Part shown: piece after piece, positions 23,454-33,205 of the stretch | Numbering within the stretch: position 1 is the first letter of the stretch | Layout of the letters: every line of letters begins with the position of its first letter | DNA from: a virus | Lineage: Duplodnaviria; Heunggongvirae; Uroviricota; Caudoviricetes | IMG/VR virus record: IMGVR_UViG_3300042259_000129 | Strand: one strand, 5' to 3' | Length of the DNA stretch: 64,000 nt | Made by a program: the position numbers and the translations under genes | The notes under the pieces: generated by a model | Told to the model about the DNA's origin: nothing | Databases searched by the model: none | What the model saw: only the letters and a program-made list of their open reading frames with translations

Positions 23454-23891
23454 ATGGTAGAATTATTTTTAAGTTTGCCATTTAGTATAGAGGTTTGAAA
23501 AACAATATCCATTTTATTATTAGCAGCCATATTTTTTCTAGTTAGAATTTACAATAGATATTTTAAATTAGAAGATTTGGTTGAACAAGATATTAAAGAA
23601 TTAAAAGAAACTTCTAAAAAACTAAATTTACATATGGAAAAAATACAAGAACAACACGAAGAATTTTTAAAAATTGTAGATAAATTTATAGGTGTTGTTA
23701 CAACTACAGATGATATTAGCTCAAAACAGAAAGAACAAATAGCTCTTCTAAATAAAATAGTAGATAATTTTAATGCACATGATGTCTGTAAATTAAAAGA
23801 AAATATAAAAGAAGATAATAGTGAATCATTAAATCTGAAGAAGTTGTTAGAGATGATATGTGATGAATATGAATTACACAAAAAAGATTAA
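23454..23891 (+). CDS. Membrane-anchored coiled-coil protein, 145 aa, with 1 TGA.
   Basis: AAGGAG ribosome-binding site. N-terminal transmembrane segment followed by K/E-rich coiled coil. Confidence 0.5.
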
Positions 23892-23960
23892 TTGTATTGT
23901 TTACAATTTAATTCCCCTGTTTTAAATTTATATAAATTTGAAATGGGGGTATTTTTTATT

Positions 23961-24449
23961 ATGGAACCTAAAACAAAGGAAACTAAATGTAATTATTATG
24001 TAAAGAATAAAGATCTTATTATTGAGATTGAAAAGCTTAAGAGCACCAATGTCTTTTCTGATACTTTAGGGAAATATATTATTCAGATTGTAAATGGTCT
24101 TTCTCATAGACCAAACTTTAATGGTTACACATATTTGGAAGATATGAAGTCAGATGCTCATGTAGCAATCATCAAAGGTCTCAGAAATTTTGATTTAGAA
24201 AAATCTAATAATCCATTCGCTTACATCACTCAGATTGCTTGAAATGCATTTATCGCATTTATAGGCAATGAAAAGAAAAAATCCAAAACAAAGAAAAGAT
24301 TATTTGATCTTAAAGAAATCATTCAAGAAGACGATTCTATGAGTGCTATCAACTATTCATATTATTGTGAAATTGAAGTTTTTGAAATAGATGAAGAGAC
24401 ACCTAATTTGAACAATTGTAATTTAGAAATATGTGAGGATAAAGAATAA
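23961..24449 (+). CDS. gp55: Late-transcription sigma factor gp55-like.
   Basis: KCNYYVKNKDL...GLSHRPNFNGYTY...AIIKGLRNFD...NPFAYITQIA[TGA]NAF aligns with T4 gp55 (KYNYVNNKEL...GLSKRFNFSGYTQ...ASIKGLHNFD...NPHAYITQACFNAF). Confidence 0.8.
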
Positions 24450-25435
24450 TGAAACATGCTCTTTTTACAGACCTTCATGTGGGTCTAAACATTAATAATG
24501 AAGTATGAGAAAAACTTCCAATTAAAGCTGTGGATTTTTTAACCACAGAATCAAGAAGAAGAAACATTAAATCAATAATTTTTCTTGGTGATTTTTATCA
24601 TGACAAGAAAGAATTATCTGTTAAGGCTATTGATTCTGCTAGGATAATTTGTGAAATGTTGAATGATTTTTCCACCTATATTATTTGTGGAAATCATGAT
24701 GCTTATTTTAAGCATACAAATGAACTTAATTCACTTCAAACTATTGATAAGTATGATAATATTAAGATTGTAAATGAACCAACTGTTATTTATGATAAGA
24801 TTGGGCTTTGCCCATGATCAAATGAGTACAAATCTTTAAATACCAAAATTCTAATGGGGCATTTTGATATTAAAGATTTTAAGATGAATGATAACACAAC
24901 ATCATTTCATGGAGAAGAAATTTCTTCTTTTAAGGATTATGAAATTGTTCTATCAGGTCATTATCATACTCAATCCCAAAAAGATAACATCATTTATATT
25001 GGCAATATGTATGGGCATAATTTTAATGATATTAATGCAAAAAGAGGGTTCCATATTTTTGATGATGAAACATTAGAATTGGAATTTGTTGAATTTATTG
25101 ATGCACCAAAATTTATTCATGTTTTTGACATGAATCTTGATGAAACCCTAATTAAAGGGAACATTGTTAAAATTTATTTCACAAAAGAATATTCAGAAAT
25201 GGATATTTTAGATTTCTTGACAAAAATCAAATCCCTAGAACCTTTACAAGTTGATGTTGATTATTCAAGAATTGAAATTGAAGATGTCAAAATGGATATT
25301 CCTACTGAGGAATTTTCAACATTAGATGAGAAACAATTATTCTTGACTTACCTTGATAAAATTTCTATCCCAGATCATTTAAAATTGACAATGTGTAAAA
25401 AGATACTTGAAGATTTATTCAAGCCAACTGAATAG
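24449..25435 (+). CDS. gp47: Recombination endonuclease subunit gp47-like (Mre11/SbcD metallophosphoesterase), with 2 TGA.
   Basis: ALFTDLHVG (motif I), FLGDFYHD (motif II), ICGNHDAYF (motif III), SGHYHT (motif V). Same overall pattern as T4 gp47. Confidence 0.8.
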
Positions 25436-25506
25436 TCTTTCTAAATCCAATCCATTCAAAAGGTAATTAGATTTTTCTAGTTACCTTTTTTCATAATTAT
25501 TTCCTG

Positions 25507-25872
25507 TATTGTTTCACCAATCAATATAATTCTATATACTATACCCTCCGTACCAAGTTAATATATTAACTACCCTGCCGGGATTCAATTGTAAACAGGG
25601 AAAATGAGATCAGATGATAAAATATGCTCAATGAGGAAAATAAGTCCGGAAATCTCGAGATTTTCACACTTTTCCGGAAGCCTAATTATTTCAATAACTT
25701 AGAAATCCACCAAAATCTTAGTTTTCCTAATAATATCAATAACTTACGAGAAAACTGGGGAAAACTATGAAAAAAGGTGTATAAAACATTACGATTCCGA
25801 TGAGTTTTGAAAAAGCTAATAATTTCAATAATTTAGGATTCCACTTTTTAGTGTACTTCTTCTAAGAGATTG
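25507..25872 (+). repeat. Copy 1 of a ~370-bp noncoding repeat module, inside a 480-bp gene-free region.
   Basis: Shares a 63-bp block (tattgtttcaccaatcaatataattctatatactataccctccgtaccaagttaatatattaacta) and a 70-bp block (taattatttcaataacttagaaatccaccaaaatcttagttttcctaataatatcaataacttacgagaaa) with copy 2 (47765..48142). Confidence 0.8.
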
Positions 25873-25919
25873 GTTATTCTAAATTCATCTTAACCACACA
25901 AACCAAATCGGAGATTAAG

Positions 25920-26288
25920 ATGTTTGCTATTATTAATGATAACAATGAACGACTTGCAAATGCTTACACATTCAAATTTGTGGATGATTCTAAAAGATGT
26001 TGTCTTTGGAAGAATGAAGCTCCTGCTTTAAGGCTTATTGAAAAGTTGAAAAATGAAAATCTTGGAACCCTCAGGGTTATTGAAGTTTCTGAAATTCCTG
26101 TACCTGGAAAGAGAAGAAGGAAGTCCAAAGAAGAAACGAAAGTTCAGGAAGAAAACATTGAATTCGATGAGACTTCTTTCTTCGAATCTGGATATAATGA
26201 AAAGTGTCTTCGCTGTGAGGGTGACTGTAAGCAGTCTGCCCTGGCAAAAATCATTCGTTGCCCTAGTTTTAGAAAAATTAAAAAATAA
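25920..26288 (+). CDS. Hypothetical protein.
   Basis: Intact 122-aa ORF. Confidence 0.5.
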   Translation: MFAIINDNNERLANAYTFKFVDDSKRCCLWKNEAPALRLIEKLKNENLGTLRVIEVSEIPVPGKRRRKSKEETKVQEENIEFDETSFFESGYNEKCLRCEGDCKQSALAKIIRCPSFRKIKK

Positions 26289-26352
26289 GTTTACATTGTC
26301 GAAAGTTTTTGTTAAGTTCTTTTTATCAACACAATAACAATGGAGAAATCAA

Positions 26353-26628
26353 ATGAATTCTTATTTTGAAAAAGTCGAACCCATGGACGGTGAACAAATT
26401 GCCCAGGAACTCGGAACTACCCGTCAGTATGTTTGTAATACATTAAAATCTGCCCTTCGCAAAATCTACAAGTCCCTCAAGAAGAAAAATCCTGACATGA
26501 CCCCCTTTGAAATTGTAAATGCCATCCGGGAATTTTTTGGAATTGAAGATACCGATGAAATTCGAATTTTCTTCAATGCCTTCCCTCCTGATGTTCGCGA
26601 AGAAGTAGAAAATTTTATGAAAGTTTAA
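26353..26628 (+). CDS. Small HTH protein resembling sigma-70 region 4.
   Basis: IAQELGTTRQYVCNTLKSALRKI resembles sigma region 4.2 / LuxR-type HTH. Confidence 0.5.
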   Translation: MNSYFEKVEPMDGEQIAQELGTTRQYVCNTLKSALRKIYKSLKKKNPDMTPFEIVNAIREFFGIEDTDEIRIFFNAFPPDVREEVENFMKV

Positions 26629-26703
26629 AAAAACTGTTTACAAACTTTCAAAAATTTTATATTCTAATCTCAACACAACAACAAATAACACAGGAGATTA
26701 AAA

Positions 26704-27528
26704 ATGGCTACTCCCGCTACTACCACTTTCAATCCCTTCTTTGAAGTAGAACGTACCCCTGTTTTTGCAAAGTATGGGAACAAGGAAATTCAGTTGGCAA
26801 AGGATGTTCTTATCAATACTGAAACCGGACGCCCTGTGGGTATGGTTGGTAAGGATTATAAGGTTATTACTAATAATGAAGTCAACGAGCTTTTTGGAGA
26901 AGCCTTCTCGAAGTACAAGGTTAAGCAGACCATGGATTTCATTAAGAAGGGTGGGGAAACTTGGGTTCGTCGAATCGTCTTCGAAGATGATGAACTGACT
27001 TTCGAAGTTGCTAATGGCGATATTTCCCATGTTATGCTTGAAATTTATAACGGATTTAATACAACCATCCGATATGGATATAATCTCAGCCTTTTCAGGA
27101 GCATCTGTTCCAATGGAATGGTTTTTGGTAAAAAGAATCTCTTTGGATTAAATTTCACTCACAACTCAGATCAGCTCGAAACAATTCGATCCACATTTGA
27201 AATTGGTGCTAAGTCCATTGGCGAAGAAATTATCCCGATTTGGCAGAAGTGGACGAAGATCCCTCATACCATGAATGATATGGAAGTTTTCCTTGATTCT
27301 CGTGATTATGTCAATAATGACAAGATGAAGGAAAGAATCCTTGTAACTTATGAAGAAGTGATGAATCGTGAAAAACATGATGAAACCCGATTTGGTGCAT
27401 TCAATGCTATCACTGAAATCATGACTCACCAGACTTCTACTCGCCGCGAAGATACTTCTAACATTTTTGGAAATGCATATCGCAAGTATGAAAGACTTGC
27501 TATGGATATGTATGCCCTTCCTATGTAA
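26704..27528 (+). CDS. DUF932-like phage/plasmid-associated protein.
   Basis: 274 aa. The N-terminal pattern FNPFFEVERTPVF...GRPVGMVGKDYKVITNNEV resembles the DUF932 family. Confidence 0.4.
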   Translation: MATPATTTFNPFFEVERTPVFAKYGNKEIQLAKDVLINTETGRPVGMVGKDYKVITNNEVNELFGEAFSKYKVKQTMDFIKKGGETWVRRIVFEDDELTFEVANGDISHVMLEIYNGFNTTIRYGYNLSLFRSICSNGMVFGKKNLFGLNFTHNSDQLETIRSTFEIGAKSIGEEIIPIWQKWTKIPHTMNDMEVFLDSRDYVNNDKMKERILVTYEEVMNREKHDETRFGAFNAITEIMTHQTSTRREDTSNIFGNAYRKYERLAMDMYALPM

Positions 27529-27553
27529 ATAAAATTTTGGGAGAGATGAACGT

Positions 27554-27745
27554 ATGGACGTCATAGCAGACCTTGAATCTGCCCTGGAAGAATCCAGCTC
27601 TCCCAATCTTTCTCTTAAAATAAAATACATTAACCTTATCAGGGAGATTGAACATGAACAAGAATTAACTAAATTTAGGTGTTTACAATATGAAATTCAC
27701 AAATTAGAAAAAGAATTATTCAAACAATATACAGAAGGAGTTTAA
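27554..27745 (+). CDS. Small hypothetical protein.
   Basis: 63-aa ORF. Confidence 0.35.
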   Translation: MDVIADLESALEESSSPNLSLKIKYINLIREIEHEQELTKFRCLQYEIHKLEKELFKQYTEGV

Positions 27746-27746
27746 A

Positions 27747-28130
27747 ATGTCACATCTTATTGAATATGTTCGTAAAAAGGGTAGAATTGTTGGATTTGAT
27801 TATGATGAAGAGGGAATTGCTACTCCTTATAGAGAAAAGGGAACTCCTTATGGGTGTCTCTATGCAAAAACATTTTGCGATCTTAATGGAGAATGCAAGA
27901 TTATAGTAGGTTGGAGTCTTTGTAATAAGAAAGATGTATTTACAAAGGATGATGCAGTGTCTATTGCCGCTGAAAGGCCTTTTGATTATGAATTTGGTTC
28001 GAAGATGCCTATTCCATCTTCTCTTGAAAAACAATTTGTTAAGTTTTGTAAACGCGCAAAGAAGTTTTATAAGCTCAATAATTTTACCCATAAGTATGTT
28101 ATCTATAAGGAAGTACCTCTCGATGTTTAA
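27747..28130 (+). CDS. Hypothetical protein.
   Basis: 127-aa ORF. Confidence 0.5.
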   Translation: MSHLIEYVRKKGRIVGFDYDEEGIATPYREKGTPYGCLYAKTFCDLNGECKIIVGWSLCNKKDVFTKDDAVSIAAERPFDYEFGSKMPIPSSLEKQFVKFCKRAKKFYKLNNFTHKYVIYKEVPLDV

Positions 28131-28479
28131 AGTTGACAAGGAAGACGGTCTTTTTACTCTAAATTCCGTCTTCCTTGTTTTTAGAGATAAAAAGCTATTA
28201 TATTTTTTAACTTTTAGAGATTTGTCTGATACATCTAAAACATTTGATGTTTGGTATATTAATGACTTTGGTAGAGTTGACTATAGTTTAATTACTGACT
28301 TTGAAATTCCTTGGAAAAAAGGTAATGATTCATTAAGTGCCAAACACGTTTCAAGAGTCATTACACAAATTGAAAAATATGGATTTGATATTTGGTTTTG
28401 GCCTGAAACAATTAAGAATCAATCTATAAAAGATTTTTATTTACAAAAGGTTAAACCTAAATTAAAATTAACTTATTAA
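28123..28479 (+). CDS. Hypothetical protein.
   Basis: 118-aa ORF from the ATG at 28123, in frame with track ORF 27934..28479. Confidence 0.45.
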   Translation: MFKVDKEDGLFTLNSVFLVFRDKKLLYFLTFRDLSDTSKTFDVWYINDFGRVDYSLITDFEIPWKKGNDSLSAKHVSRVITQIEKYGFDIWFWPETIKNQSIKDFYLQKVKPKLKLTY

Positions 28480-28485
28480 CAACAT

Positions 28486-28563
28486 GGCCCTGTAACTCAG
28501 TTGGAATAGAGTACGATCCTTCTAAGTTCGATGTCACAAGTTCGATTCTTGTCAGGGTCACCA
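28486..28563 (+). tRNA. tRNA-Arg (anticodon UCU) with an encoded CCA end.
   Basis: Manual cloverleaf fold. Acceptor GGCCCTG/CAGGGTC, D-arm ACTC..GAGT, anticodon loop CTTCTAA, T-arm ACAAG-TTCGATT-CTTGT. Confidence 0.75.
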
Positions 28564-28566
28564 TTT

Positions 28567-28640
28567 ACCCCTATAGTTCAGTTGGTTAGAACCCCCGGCT
28601 CATAACCGGAATGTCCCAAGTTCAAATCTTGGTAGGGGTA
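28567..28640 (+). tRNA. tRNA-Met or Ile2 (anticodon CAU). No encoded CCA.
   Basis: Manual cloverleaf fold. Acceptor ACCCCTA/TAGGGGT, D-arm GTTC..GAAC, anticodon loop CTCATAA, T-arm CCAAG-TTCAAAT-CTTGG. Confidence 0.7.
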
Positions 28641-28661
28641 CAATCTTCAAAGGAAAACATT

Positions 28662-28883
28662 ATGATCAGAGAAAAACAGAACAAAGAAATGATTATTGAT
28701 TTGACTGGTCCTGAAGGTAATGCCTTTTGCCTATTAGGTTATGCAAAAAGTTTTGCTAAACATCTTTCATATTCAAAAGAAGAAATCGAAGAACTGATTA
28801 GTGATATGATGAATGGTGATTATGAACATCTAGTTACTGTGTTTGATAGTCATTTTGGTCATTTTGTAATTCTGGAACGATAA
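28662..28883 (+). CDS. Small hypothetical protein.
   Basis: ATG just downstream of the tRNA-Met gene. The track ORF 28611 start lies inside the tRNA. Confidence 0.45.
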   Translation: MIREKQNKEMIIDLTGPEGNAFCLLGYAKSFAKHLSYSKEEIEELISDMMNGDYEHLVTVFDSHFGHFVILER

Positions 28884-28899
28884 AAACAGGGGGATTATT

Positions 28900-29307
28900 A
28901 TGTCTTATCCAGACCTTGATTTAATTAAAGAATACACAGATTTGTTTCTATCAAAGTCTATCACCTCACTGAAAACAACTCAAATAGTTGATCTTATTAA
29001 TCATTTAAGAGAACATAATAATGAGCTTATTAAAGAAAACAAAAGTATGAAATTGAATCCCAACAAAAATAAAAACAAGTATATTAAAATTAGTAAAAAA
29101 TTTTATAAACCTAGTGAGCAGTTATGGAATAGAATTACATTTTATATTGATGAAGAAATATGGCTTAATCATAAACGTAGTGATGTTGTATCATCGACTT
29201 CTTATTATAGACTACTGTCCCTAGCTGATGTGGTTATTAAAAACGATCAAATAATTAAATATCGTTTTGCTGATCTTGAAGATATTTTTGATAATATCCT
29301 TCTATAA
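28900..29307 (+). CDS. Hypothetical protein.
   Basis: 135-aa ORF. Confidence 0.5.
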   Translation: MSYPDLDLIKEYTDLFLSKSITSLKTTQIVDLINHLREHNNELIKENKSMKLNPNKNKNKYIKISKKFYKPSEQLWNRITFYIDEEIWLNHKRSDVVSSTSYYRLLSLADVVIKNDQIIKYRFADLEDIFDNILL

Positions 29308-29318
29308 AGGTGAATAGC

Positions 29319-29843
29319 ATGAAAGAATTTTTAGAAGATAAGATTGATGATATTGTGTGGATTTGGAAGAAAATCCAGAACTTCTATTATGATATCAAAT
29401 ATGGTATTAAAAATCTTATCATTTGGTTCCCTATTATCTGGAAAGATAGAAGCTGGGATTATTCGTATATGTTTCCTATTTGGGAAAAGAAATTTGATTT
29501 GATGATTGAATCATTCAAGAGAGGAAGCAAGTATGTTTGTGGTTGTGAAAAACACATTAAAAGATTAAAAATTTGTAAAGAAATTTGTAGAAGACAGAAA
29601 GATGATTGGTGGTATCATGAAAATGGATTTATGTTTCATGATAAGAAATGGGGAACCCTCGATTGTTCTGTAGAAAACGGATTTTTTAAAACACATCGAG
29701 AAAATGTAAAGACTCCTGAAGATGAAAAAATTGAAACCCAACAATTTTTGAATATACATAAACTTGTTGAACAACATAAGAAAGAAGATATGAATATGCT
29801 TTTAAATTACATTAACAAGTATTGGCAAAGTTGGTGGTGGTAA
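29319..29843 (+). CDS. Hypothetical Trp/Cys-rich protein.
   Basis: 175-aa ORF using TGG for Trp many times (ends ...QSWWW). Confidence 0.5.
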   Translation: MKEFLEDKIDDIVWIWKKIQNFYYDIKYGIKNLIIWFPIIWKDRSWDYSYMFPIWEKKFDLMIESFKRGSKYVCGCEKHIKRLKICKEICRRQKDDWWYHENGFMFHDKKWGTLDCSVENGFFKTHRENVKTPEDEKIETQQFLNIHKLVEQHKKEDMNMLLNYINKYWQSWWW

Positions 29844-30076
29844 TGAAAGTCTTCTGTAAAGATTGCCGATATATTGATTGGATTCCGGTAGATGGACCTC
29901 GAATGGCTGAAGCTAGATGTAAAAGGATAAAAGAATATAAACAGAGAGATACTCCTCTCGAAGTTATAACAACACCAAGATATTGTAATCCATATTCCGA
30001 CAATCTATTAAACAAATGTCCTTATTTTGAAGAAAAACAATCACTTCTAAATTGTATTTTTAATTGGAGTTGATAG
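29843..30076 (+). CDS. Small Cys-rich protein.
   Basis: CKDCRY...CKRIK...C motifs. Ends ...NWS-TGA(W)-TAG. Confidence 0.45.
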
Positions 30077-30336
30077 ATGTTTACATTTTTTAAAGAAGAT
30101 TTTTAAAACAAAACAAACTTCTGATCCGTTTATTAAGAAAGATGATTTATTTTATTTGTCATATGGTGATGGAAATCCTTTCTTTGTAGACGAATATAGA
30201 TTTGTAACAATTAAAGATGTGAAAGATGGATGGGTTTTATATGCTATGCATCCTTTAGGAAAACATAGAATGTTTCAAAATGAAACAATGGAAATTAAAG
30301 AGTTTTTAAACATTTATAAAAAGGTGGAAAAGTAAA

Positions 30337-30789
30337 ATGACAATTCAGGAACAACTACAGAAAGCTATGATTGAGGCTCTAAAGGCTGGTAATTCAATTC
30401 GTAAGGATAATATTAAATTCCTAATTGGCCAGTTTCAGACAGCATCCAAGAACAAAGAAAAAACTGTTACTGACGAAGAAGCTATTAAGATTATCAAGAA
30501 TATTGTTAAATCTGTTAAGGAAGTAACTATCCCAAATCTTATTCAGAACCCTATACAGGGAATTGGGCTAGACACACCAAATCCAAAACTCACAGAAGCA
30601 TATGATTTTATTGAACTTTGTGAATCAATTCTACCTCAAATGGCAACAGAAGAAGAAATTAGAAATTTTCTAAAAACAGTTGACTTTTCTCAGTTTAAGA
30701 ATAAGATGCAAGCTATTGGTGTTGTTACAAAACACTTTAATGGCAATGTAGATGGAAATCTTGTGAAATCTATTGTAATGGAGATGTAA
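30337..30789 (+). CDS. GatB/YqeY-domain protein.
   Basis: MTIQEQLQKAMIEALKAGNSIRKDNIKFLIGQFQTASKN... follows the YqeY family pattern. Confidence 0.6.
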   Translation: MTIQEQLQKAMIEALKAGNSIRKDNIKFLIGQFQTASKNKEKTVTDEEAIKIIKNIVKSVKEVTIPNLIQNPIQGIGLDTPNPKLTEAYDFIELCESILPQMATEEEIRNFLKTVDFSQFKNKMQAIGVVTKHFNGNVDGNLVKSIVMEM

Positions 30790-30791
30790 AA

Positions 30792-30980
30792 ATGAGTAAG
30801 TATGCATTTACTTTTGGTTGTGGTCAAAAACACGCAAATTGTTATGTTGTGATTGAAGGGTCTTTTGATGAATCCCGAAAAAGAATGTTTGAAATGTATG
30901 GCCCTGAATGGTCTTTCCAGTATGAATATGATGATAACTTTTTAGAAATTGCTAATAAATGGCGATGGAGGGAAATCTAG
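30792..30980 (+). CDS. Small hypothetical protein.
   Basis: 62-aa ORF. Confidence 0.4.
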   Translation: MSKYAFTFGCGQKHANCYVVIEGSFDESRKRMFEMYGPEWSFQYEYDDNFLEIANKWRWREI

Positions 30981-30981
30981 A

Positions 30982-31344
30982 ATGACCATTGATAACATTG
31001 ATGAACTCTACGAGGAAATTAAAAAGTTAAAATTAAAGCAGAAAGAAATTTTTGATTATATTTCCGTATATATTAAAAACAAAAGCATTCCTATTAATGA
31101 GAGATGGGATATGTTTCGTAACAATGAAGATATGTTTCCTAAATCTGAGTGGATTATTCATTACAAAGAATTAGAAAGTAATAATATAAACTACTATGAC
31201 GATTTCAACTACGAGAGACATGAAACAGTTAATTTAGTAAATTTGGTTGAACGTGTAGAAGATTACGATCTTGATATTGATATTGACAAATTGAAGGAAG
31301 AGGTATTAGAACATGGATATTCCAACTTTAATTTTGATTGGTAA
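30982..31344 (+). CDS. Hypothetical acidic protein.
   Basis: GGAGGG ribosome-binding site, then ATG 30982. Confidence 0.5.
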   Translation: MTIDNIDELYEEIKKLKLKQKEIFDYISVYIKNKSIPINERWDMFRNNEDMFPKSEWIIHYKELESNNINYYDDFNYERHETVNLVNLVERVEDYDLDIDIDKLKEEVLEHGYSNFNFDW

Positions 31345-31364
31345 TGAGGATAATTATGAATGAC

Positions 31365-31571
31365 TATGTTAAGTTGTATGTATGGGGGGCTATTCTTTTG
31401 TGTGTGTTTGCTTTTTCGTTTGGGTATGCTGCGCCCTATCTAATTTCGGCTGCAAACACTGAACTTTTTTTCCTTGGGGTGTTTACAATTGCTGTATCCC
31501 CAATTATGATTGCTTTTATCATTATGAAGAAGATTTTACCTATTGTTAGAAAACTTAAATCAAAGGAGTAG
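31365..31571 (+). CDS. Small two-transmembrane-helix membrane protein. Possibly an NfeD-like partner of the SPFH protein.
   Basis: Two hydrophobic helices in a 68-aa ORF immediately upstream of the SPFH gene. Confidence 0.45.
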   Translation, partial: YVKLYVWGAILLCVFAFSFGYAAPYLISAANTELFFLGVFTIAVSPIMIAFIIMKKILPIVRKLKSKE

Positions 31572-31574
31572 TTT

Positions 31575-32432
31575 ATGAAAAATCTTGTTTATCTAATTCT
31601 GTTTATGGTGTTGACTTTTGGAAGTGTAGCTTGTACCAAAGTACCTTCTGGCAATGTTGGTGTGAAGGTTTATCTTCTTGGTGGAAATAAAGGGGTTGAC
31701 ACTGAAGAGCTTGGTGTTGGACGATATTGGATTGGTTGGAATGAAGAACTATATATTTTTCCAACATATACTCAGAATTATGTTTGGTCTGCAGATTCTC
31801 GTGAAGGTTCTCCTGATGATGAATCAATTACGTTTCAGACAAAGGAAGGTCTTTCTGTAAATGCTGATATTGGTATTGCGTATCACATTGATCCAAATAA
31901 GGTTAATGATATTTTCCAGAAGTATCGTAAGGGTGTAGAAGAAATTACTGACATTTATCTAAGGAATATTGTGCGAGATGCTTTTGTCGTAGCATCTTCA
32001 AATAAGCCTGTTGAATTTGTTTATGGTGAAGGTAAGGCTGCTCTTCGTGATGAAGTTGAATCAATTGTAAAGAGTAAGGTTGAACCTATTGGTATTATTA
32101 TTGAACAGATTTCCTTTGTTGGTGATCTTCGTCTTCCTGGATCCGTAATTACAGCACTTAACGCTAAAATTGAGGCCACGCAGACTGCACAAAGGGTTGA
32201 AAATCAAGTCCGCGAAGCTGAAGCCGAGGCCCGTAAGAAAATTGCTGCCGCACAAGGCGAGGCAGAATCTATTAAGCTTGTAGCTCTTGCACAGGCCGAA
32301 GCAAATAAAATCCTATCTAACTCAATTACTGCTACTCTTGTTGAATATAAACGAATTGAAAAGTGGAACGGAATTATGCCAACATATATGGCAGGAACAA
32401 TGCCGTCCCCGATGCTATCGATTAAAGAATAA
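31575..32432 (+). CDS. SPFH/band-7 (stomatin/prohibitin/HflK-C-like) protein with a lipoprotein-type signal.
   Basis: Signal peptide and lipobox (TFGSVAC), an SPFH core, and a C-terminal Ala/Glu-rich coiled coil (REAEAEARKKIAAAQGEAE). Confidence 0.65.
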   Translation: MKNLVYLILFMVLTFGSVACTKVPSGNVGVKVYLLGGNKGVDTEELGVGRYWIGWNEELYIFPTYTQNYVWSADSREGSPDDESITFQTKEGLSVNADIGIAYHIDPNKVNDIFQKYRKGVEEITDIYLRNIVRDAFVVASSNKPVEFVYGEGKAALRDEVESIVKSKVEPIGIIIEQISFVGDLRLPGSVITALNAKIEATQTAQRVENQVREAEAEARKKIAAAQGEAESIKLVALAQAEANKILSNSITATLVEYKRIEKWNGIMPTYMAGTMPSPMLSIKE

Positions 32433-32505
32433 AGAATTTTATTTACAATAGATAAGTGGCTTGATAGATTATTTTTATCAAGTCACTTTTAATATTGGAG
32501 TTCAT

Positions 32506-32898
32506 ATGTCTTATCAAATTAAAATTTATTATCGCGCCGGAGATTCTTTCTCAACATCTGATGAGACTTCTATTCTTGAGTATGAATGGAAGAATCTTGA
32601 TATTGCTAAAAAGAATCTAAAAAGAATCAAAGCACATTACGAATGGTTTACATATGCAACCCAACCTCCTCATGTAAATGAAGAGAAATGGTTAAAAAAT
32701 GTTCCTAAGTTTTGCGTTAAAGCAACTTTTTATAAAGCAACTTCAAGATATGATTATGCTATCAAATTACTTCATGATGATGGAGAAAGAGAATATCAAC
32801 TTTATCCATTTTGGTGTGGTTACTATGAACATTTATATGGTGCAAAAATTGTAATTGATTCAGAAGATAAAGATATGTCATTTGGTGATGTAAATTAA
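32506..32898 (+). CDS. Hypothetical protein.
   Basis: GGAG ribosome-binding site before ATG 32506. Confidence 0.45.
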   Translation: MSYQIKIYYRAGDSFSTSDETSILEYEWKNLDIAKKNLKRIKAHYEWFTYATQPPHVNEEKWLKNVPKFCVKATFYKATSRYDYAIKLLHDDGEREYQLYPFWCGYYEHLYGAKIVIDSEDKDMSFGDVN

Positions 32899-32911
32899 GG
32901 GGGTGTAAATT

Positions 32912-33205
32912 ATGGCAACATGGCATAATGGTGGCTGGGATTTTGTTGAGGTTGGAAAAAGATACCAATATAAAGAATCCGGTCTTATTGGTGAAATTGA
33001 AATATTAGAAGACAATTCCACGGATGATGAATATTCTTTTAAAGTTAAATTTGTAAAGGCTGTATGGGATTTTGGTGACACGCCTTTTTGTATTTCAGCA
33101 TCAAAATCCTTAAACGCATATTATAATGGTATGGTTAACATTTATGAGCATGAAGAATATTATATTCCAAATGGATATAAGTATAACTATGAGGAATTCA
33201 AATAA
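32912..33205 (+). CDS. Hypothetical protein.
   Basis: 97-aa ORF. Confidence 0.45.
   Translation: MATWHNGGWDFVEVGKRYQYKESGLIGEIEILEDNSTDDEYSFKVKFVKAVWDFGDTPFCISASKSLNAYYNGMVNIYEHEEYYIPNGYKYNYEEFK

Noticed and set aside
28611-28661. Track ORF start at 28611 (MSQVQILVG...).
   Set aside because: It overlaps the 3' half of the tRNA-Met gene. The ATG at 28662, after the tRNA, is the plausible start.
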